Source: Dimorphilus gyrociliatus
Taxonomy: Eukaryota > Animalia > Annelida
Direction: 5' to 3'
Assembly (NCBI GenBank): GCA_904063045.1
Contig: CAJFCJ010000022.1
Coordinates: 620,001 to 684,000, forward strand
DNA length: 64,000 bases
Made by a program: the position numbers and the translations under genes. The notes under the pieces are model-generated. The model saw only the letters and a list, made by a program, of their open reading frames with translations. It made no database searches and had not been told where the DNA came from. Of this stretch, positions 56,612 through 64,000 are shown in pieces. Every line of letters begins with the position of its first letter. Position 1 is the stretch's first letter.

Positions 56612-58445
56612 TTAAGAGTAAATATGAATAAAATAACAATCTAGGCACAGAAAAAATATGTTTCTTTATTAATTAAGAAACAGAAAGAGAAAGAAAGTGA
56701 CATCATCTTGTACATATGATATAAATGATAAAGAAATAAGCTATAGTACTCGATTGAATTAGTGCAAAATGCGTAAAAATCGAATGTTAAGGACGAGAAA
56801 GAATTAAAAGAAAACAAAAGTTTGACAAACAGTGTTTTCTCTACCTATATTTTTTAAGTTACATAGATTATACAGTAAAAATTCTCTATTGCAGTTTGAT
56901 GTAATCTATATATGTTTCTGAGTACCGATCTTCGTTGTAAACAAGTAAAACCACCACCAACCCCAATTTGATGAGTACAACCCTCCAATGTTGGCTATTT
57001 AGTTAATAAAACTTTGTTTTTAAAGGTATAATTTTAAAATAGGTTACTTGGAACATGGCCTGCTGGTTGACGACAACCGCAAACTGGCTAAGCGCTATGC
57101 GAAAACTTTGCAGTTCAAAATTGATATCTTTTCCATTCTACCGACCGATCTCCTATATTTGGCAATAAAAGACTTAGACGCTGCCTACTTACGTTTTAAT
57201 AGGATTTTCAAGTTTTACAGACTAGTTGATTTTTTCGATAGAACAGAAACGAGGACAAACTATCCAAATGTTTTTCGAATATCTAAGCTTATTCTATATA
57301 TTCTTATCATCATTCACTGGAATTCATGCATCTATTTCCAAATATCAGCTTTGATAGGCTTCGGCACGGACGACTGGGTTTATTATAATATTAATGAAAC
57401 TCTTTACCCCGAGAATGCCACGCTTAGCCGAATGTATATCTATTCTTTCTATTGGTCGACGCTCACACTCACAACTATAGGAGAGACGCCACGTCCAGAG
57501 AAGGATGTCGAATACGTTTTTGTCGTCTTCGACTTCCTTATCGGCGTTTTAATATTTGCTACAATCGTAGGTGACGTCGGCAGCATGATTTCGAATATGA
57601 ACGCTGCAAAATCAGATTTTCAACAAAGAATGGACGGCGTTAAAATGTACATGAAACTAAGGAAGGTAGGGGAAGATCTAGAGACTAGAGTTATCAAGTG
57701 GTTCGATTACGTTTGGAATAATAAAGAGTCTTTTGACGAAGAGGAGATTCTATCTAAACTACCAGAGAAATTACGAGCAGAAATAGCTATAAACGTTCAT
57801 TTAGACGCTCTGAAAAGAGTAGCAATCTTCCAAGATTGCGAGCCAGGCCTTTTAGTTCAATTGGTATTAAAATTAAAATTATCCATCTTCAGTCCAGGCG
57901 ATTACGTTTGCAGAAAAGGTGATATTGGTAAAGAGATGTATATAGTTAAGAAAGGTCAATTAAACGTAGTAGGCGACGACGGACAAACAATTTACGCCGG
58001 CCTAGGAGACGGATCGGTTTTTGGAGAAGTTTCCATTCTAAATATTCCTGGCAACAAAACGGGAAATCGACGGACGGCTAACGTCAGGAGTCTAGGATAT
58101 TCCGATTTGTTCGTCCTCTCCAAAGACGATCTGTGGGACGCTTTACAAGAGTATCCCGACGCCAAGGACAAGTTAATCGAAAGAGGTAAAGATATCCTGC
58201 AAAAGGACGAGCTGTACGATCCCGAAGCGGCTAAATTAGAAGAAGTAGCTAAGGAGTCTTTAGATCACAGGTTAGAGAGGATAGACGTCAATCTTGACGG
58301 TTTAACAACGCGTTTCGCGAGATTACTCGCCGAGTTCTCTTCTCAACAATCAAAAACAAAGCAAAGATTGAGTAAAATGGAAAAGGAGCTGGACGATATG
58401 AGAAAATCAGTTGTTCCAAGCGACGAGCATCTCAGTTTGAAATAG
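52001..58445 (+). CDS. CNGA: CNGA-type cyclic nucleotide-gated channel, isoform A (52001-52045, 54346-54509, 55732-55943, 57043-58445)
   Basis: FGRVVRTIQ|LIRSWA...DSFLERF...|[10 protein letters not shown] (S1-S2)...FRTG|YLEHG. Pore [26 protein letters not shown]-terminal coiled coil. All phases are consistent. Confidence 0.9.
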
Positions 58446-59236
58446 CGTGCATAAAAGTAACAAACAGACAAATGAGAACAAAATCACTTTTTATTATCCA
58501 TATTTAATTAACTAATTAATTAATTAATAAGTTTAATTAGTTAATTAGAAACAAAACGAAAGAAGGAAGTTACAAAGTTAACTTGTATATTTATTTATTT
58601 ATCAATTTTCTAAGTTTTTTAGTTTGTATTTAACTTAAATCATTTACTTTACATACTGTATTTATATGAAAAACTCCAGAAGAACAATACTTTATGGCAT
58701 CCATGTTAGTGCCTCTATTCAAACAATCTTGTACAACAGCGTTCAAAGTTGTAACTATACGTTTACTTATATAATATTATATAAAAGAGTATATTGTAGA
58801 TAAATTTCTCTGTTTATCTTTCTCCCTTCTCCTCTTCCCCACTCCCTCCTAATCCTAAGAAAAGCCAATGGTATATATATATATATATATATACCTTATA
58901 TATGAATATCGTAAAAAAAATAGAGAAATATTATCACTAAATTCGAAAAATGGTATGAAATTTTCTCGAAAGAAGAGAATACTTGAATTAAAGAGATTAT
59001 ACAACGAAATGAACAAACGTTTTAAATGTGTGCGCATATGCTATAAATAGTTCTAGTTTATCAATCTTTATATTTTGCGCAGTTTTGCGGTGTTTCTCTT
59101 TCATTTTTACTCTTTAAAACTCTCATTTTCGTGCATTAAAATCACCTGAGATCTATCTATTAGCCTCTTAAGTGAAGTCTGCGCTGAGCGTATTAAATTT
59201 GAACGCTTTGACATTTTTTACCGCAAAATTTTCCAG

Positions 59237-60878
59237 TTTATTTGGAACAAGGTCTTCAAGTTCGAGACTCGAAAAAACTCGCAAAAAAATATATATCGGC
59301 CTTAAGGTTCAAGTTTGACGTCATATCTCTTCTACCGACCGATATTCTCTATGTATTCCTTGGTATCAATTTCCCTGAAATTCGCGCCAATAGACTTCTG
59401 CGTTTATCGAGGATGCTGGAATTTTTCGACAGAACAGAAACTAGAACAAATTATCCCAATACTTTTAGAATAACTAACCTTATTCTTTACACCCTCATCA
59501 TTATCCACTGGAATGCTTGCTTCTTCTTTCAAGTGTCGGCTTGGATTGGTTTCGGATCCGACGACTGGGTTTACTTCAGTATCAACGAAACACTCTACCC
59601 CGACAACGCCAGTCTCAGCCGAATGTATATCTACTCATTCTACTGGTCGACTCTCACGTTAACAACGATTGGAGAAACGCCCCGACCGGAGCGGGACGTC
59701 GAATACGTCTTTGTAGTTTTAGAGTTTCTAATCGGCGTTCTAATCTTTGCTACAATCGTCGGTAACGTCGGTAGCATGATTTCGAATATGAACGCCTCAA
59801 AAGCGGAATTTCAGCAGAGAATGGACGGAGTTAAACAATATATGGAGTTTCGACGGGTTAGCAAAGACCTGGAAAGCAGAGTAATAAAATGGTTTGATTA
59901 TCTATGGACGGAGAAACAGTCCGTAGACGAACAGCAAATTCTTGCCGCTCTTCCAGAAAAACTCAGAGCTGAAATAGCTATGCACGTCCACTTGGATACG
60001 CTTAAGAGGGTTGCAATATTTCAAGATTGCGAACCCGGATTACTCGTCGAACTCGTTCTCAAATTGAAACTATCCGTCTTTAGTCCTGGTGACTACATTT
60101 GCAGAAAAGGGGATATTGGGAAGGAAATGTATATCGTTAAAAGAGGCAAGTTAAGCGTTGTTGGTGACGACGGAAAAACTGTATTTGTAACGCTTAGCGA
60201 CGGATCAGTCTTCGGAGAAATATCAATTCTAAATATTGCCGGCAATAAAACTGGCAATAGAAGAACAGCCAATGTTAGATCTATAGGCTATTCAGATTTA
60301 TTTGTCTTATCTAAAGACGATCTATGGGATGCCTTAACCGAATATCCCGAAGGGAAAAAGGTTCTAATGGAGAGGGGAAAGCAAATCCTCATGAAAGTAA
60401 GCTATTGTTCATTGTTCACGTTCTTTCTCTTCCTCCTATCTTGATTTGTTTCTATAAATTCATATTTCTCCAAGGATAATCTTATTGACGAAGAGGCTGC
60501 TAGAAAGGCTGAACAAGAGCAGGAATCAGTCGATCTCAAGGTTGATAGAATTCTAACGGATCTTGATAATTTACAAGTAAGCTACTTCCTTTCCCCTTTC
60601 CCTGATCTTCTAATGCGTTTGTTTGTTTATTCCTTATTATCTTTTCAACAAAACAGACCCGATTCGCTCGTCTTATGGCCGAATTCCAATCGACTCAGTC
60701 GAAACTCAAACAACGAGTAACAAAATTAGAAAAGAAACACGAAAATGATGGCCAATCAAACTTGAGTACTTTATTAAGGGATGTTGATAATGCGATGGCT
60801 GACGATTTAAAAGATAGCCAACCGAGAACGTCGAGATCAAAGTCCGTTTCGCTAAACATCGAAAATCAAAGGAATTAG
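59237..60878 (+). CDS. CNGA: Second CNGA S3-to-C-terminus block, isoform B (59237-60396, 60475-60576, 60657-60878); no N-terminal exons of its own
   Basis: Phase-1 acceptor ttccag|TT TAT TTG GAA CAA GGT is homologous to the 57043 acceptor. Intact pore and CNBD. In-frame stop just upstream, and no S1-S2 sequence in 58446-59236. Confidence 0.88.
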
Positions 60879-61204
60879 AAATGTTGAGAATTTCTTCCGT
60901 TAAAGCTCAAACATCCTTAGTTCTATTCTTTATATATACATATTTATATAGAGTATATTCTTATTAATGACAGAGGAGGAACAAAATGCTTACAATGAAA
61001 TTAAGAAAAACAAAGAATTATTCTTTATTTCGAACATTTTTTCTGAACGAAATCAATGATAAACAACTTAAAATATAATCATTCTATTTCATTAACATAT
61101 ACAATAGTGTATATATTCAATGAATATACTAAAAGTATATACGATTACTTATAGCTTGTCACTACCTCCATATCTACTACTTTACAGTATACACCTTAGC
61201 TCTC

Positions 61205-63520
61205 TCAGTAAGGGCGAATTGAACACCTATAGCCGCATTTTAACAGATTGGATAATTGTAACATTATCAATTCACTCTCTTCATCATAGGCCTTGTTGCA
61301 ATCTTCCGAGTCGTCGTTATTTGAATGAATATATAATTCTCTTCCATAGACTCTAGTCCAGTCTACTTTAAATGAAAGGGGATTAAACCCCACCCACTCT
61401 GTGTATCTATACTTTGCGGTTCTTACGCTATAACCCATTATCCTAATATACCTTAACTTTGGCTGATCGCTATCAAATCTCGGATAAATGGACGGACGAG
61501 GGTATTGACTGAAAGCGGCAATTTTATTCATTGTCTGCCTCTTCAACAAGCTTAATCCTTCCGTGCAGACTTTTTCAAAGTGACCTTCACGACAGCGCCT
61601 TAACGGCTCAAGGCCAACCACGTCAACAAGCGTTGGAAAAACGTCAACTAGTTCGACGAGTTCGTTTGAAACTCTTTTAGGAGTGTACGTCAATCGATTG
61701 GGTGTTTTGAGGGCATCGACGAAATTGAACTTGAACGAACCTTCACTAGGAAGATGAAGGAGAAGAGGAACTCTAGTAGAAACTTCGAAGTTGCTGAATT
61801 TTGACCACTCTCCGTGCTCTCCCAGAGACCATCCTTCGGAAGAAAACTATTATATTTACAATCGCAACTCATCGTAATAAGATAAAGGTTGAAGGAAGAG
61901 AGGTGACAAGAGGGAAAATAGACAATTACCATGATCGCTCATAAAAAGAATAACAGTATTTTCAGCAAATCCATTCTCTGTAAGAGCGGAGAGAACCCGA
62001 CCCACTTGACTATCCATGTAGGACGTAGAAGCAAAATAGCTTTGTCTAATTTTTTGCTGTTGAAAAATGTTATAATAAAAATAAAGGATTTCCCAAAGAT
62101 GAGTATCGTGACAATAAAGCCTTTTTTAATTTATATATCGTAATGAAAGAAAGGGGGAGGAGAGTATTGCGGTTGTAGGAGAGAAGAATAGGAGAGAAAA
62201 GAAAAAAAGAATAGATTGATCGACAATCTGTTCGTAGTCAAAATGATATGACCTAGTTAGGATAAAAGTCTTCATCTATCATCACCGCCAGTATTTCTAT
62301 GACTGCAATAGAGTTAAAGAATGATTGCAAATCATTTTTTACCCTGTAATTTAAAGGTATCTCTTCGAAAGGAAATGTTAAATTTAACTGCTGTATATCG
62401 TCTCTTAATCTTAGATCGTTCCACGGATTCCACGCCGGTAGGGGTAATTTCTCGGGTTTGGTTGCATCCTTTAACTTTGGGATTCGGTAGAATGGATATA
62501 AATCTTTATAGAGTAGAATTATCAATCGTAACTATTTCTATAATATGCTATTAGAATATAATTACCAAGATACTCCTTTGGAAATTTTAATGGAATGTGC
62601 GGTTTATGGAATCCTACAGCCATAAAAAATGGCTTTTCCTTTTTATAATTATTTAAAAACCTAACAGAGTAATCGGCAATTTCAATGTCAGGTAGAGATT
62701 TTCCAGGTTGACTTTCCACGTCAACTGGGCATACGATATTCATCCGTTTCCCCCATTTCGTCGGGCAAACCTTTGACATTCTATACTTTAAAGTCGGCGG
62801 ATGATAAGGTTTTTCCGACCAGCTATAAGGGCAATCGTCTGAATGGTTGCTAACAATTCCTACAAGAAAAGGAAGAGAAAGTCTATTATATAATAATTTC
62901 GATAATAATACTGATAATAATAGTAATAGTAATAGTAGCAGTAAGTAGGATAAAATTACCGCATTTTCAAGGTAGAAAGAGAGTAATAATATACCTGGAT
63001 GGAAAATCTTGCCAATTGACAAAGTGTGATAGCCTTTTTCTTTGAAATACTGAGGTAAAGTGGTAAAATTACCGGCAGCTCTTCTCCAATACGAATGAAC
63101 ATCATAGAGTTTGATGGAATCCGGTCTTCTTCCCGTTAGAAAGGATGTTCTGCTCGGTCCACAAAGGGCTTGCTACAAAGAGTTTAATTGAACGTGATGT
63201 TGTGCAGGAATTGGGATACGAAAACGGACAAACTTGAGCATAAGTTCTATTGTATAATGTTGATTGTGACGCTAATTGGTCAATATTAGGCGTGTTCATA
63301 TATGATGTATTAAAGGCCCCCAAAGCTGGTCTCAGATCATCTATAATGATCATAAGAACATTTTCTCGAGGATTCCCCCATCCTAATGAAATAAACGACG
63401 CAGGGTAAAATAGTAATGACGGCGTCTGATAAATATTACACTATATGAAATTATACCTGAGACTATAAGTACAAGTAACTGATAGAGGGTGAATATCCAC
63501 CCTTTTTCCAGTTTTTTCAT
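61205..63520 (-). CDS. IDS: Iduronate 2-sulfatase
   Basis: Signal-peptide exon [21 protein letters not shown] (from 63520) joins [19 protein letters not shown]. Active site [18 protein letters not shown]; GKIFHPG; [12 protein letters not shown]; [12 protein letters not shown]; FSQYPRP; MGYSVRT. Confidence 0.95.
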
Positions 63521-64000
63521 CCCTCAGCAATAAAGAACAAACGAAAATAAGAGAGTCTACAGAAATGCAACTGTATAATTTAATAAGTATTTCTTTGCTG
63601 CAAGAAAACTCTATCTCTCTTTTTTGTTTTAAATAAATCCTTTCTCCGCCCTTTTTTTTACTCTTTAAATGTAATAAACAAACCAAATATGTATCGAATC
63701 GATTTCTCACCGACGACAGTGGCGCCCTCTAAATTGAAATCTCGTAAACAATTGCTGTTGGATTGGAAAAGAAACTTGATATGTTTTCCCGCCTTTGTTT
63801 AAAGTTTTTCTTTCTTAATTTTGCACCTAAATGATTTTTGGAAGAAAGGAAGGAAGGAAGGAAGAGAGAGAGAGAGTGAGAGGGGAAATATACGCTATAA
63901 AACTATTATACTAGTCCGAATTTTCTTTTCCCAAGTCGAACAAGTTGACTTTTTAGGCCTATTTATATAATTTATAAAAATATTTTCCTTATATAAAAAT

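Noticed and set aside
59517-59765. 82-aa alternative-frame ORF in CNG block B
   Set aside because: Lies inside a conserved coding exon, has no ATG-supported start, and is not protein-like.

Overview
This is AT-rich (roughly 30% GC by eye), gene-dense eukaryotic DNA with many short GT-AG introns and a vertebrate-like gene set. It looks like a compact invertebrate genome; a lophotrochozoan such as the miniature annelid Dimorphilus is a guess, not a result. Genes rebuilt by hand, left to right: 3' part of a WD40-like gene (+), CNBD2-like (-), TspanC8 tetraspanin (+), SPICE1 (-), a ~14 kb stretch with no recognisable gene but many E-box/CRE/D-box motifs, a candidate 77-aa two-exon microprotein (-), short ORP1/ORP2-type OSBP (-), TMEM241/SLC35D4 (+), SIDT/SID-1-like (-), DUF229 (-), an intronless 168-aa orphan (-), an M14A carboxypeptidase (+), a CNGA channel locus (+) and iduronate-2-sulfatase (-). 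The main finding is the CNG locus: one set of N-terminal/S1-S2 exons is followed by two complete, diverged S3-pore-CNBD-C-terminus blocks, so one gene may make two channel subunits by mutually exclusive 3' splicing. Also notable are ~21 ATACAGTAT/ATACTGTAT motifs matching Tc1/mariner excision footprints, and CTCF-like motifs near most gene starts. All exon structures and counts are manual and untested by RNA data. No rRNA, tRNA, CRISPR array or intact transposon was seen.
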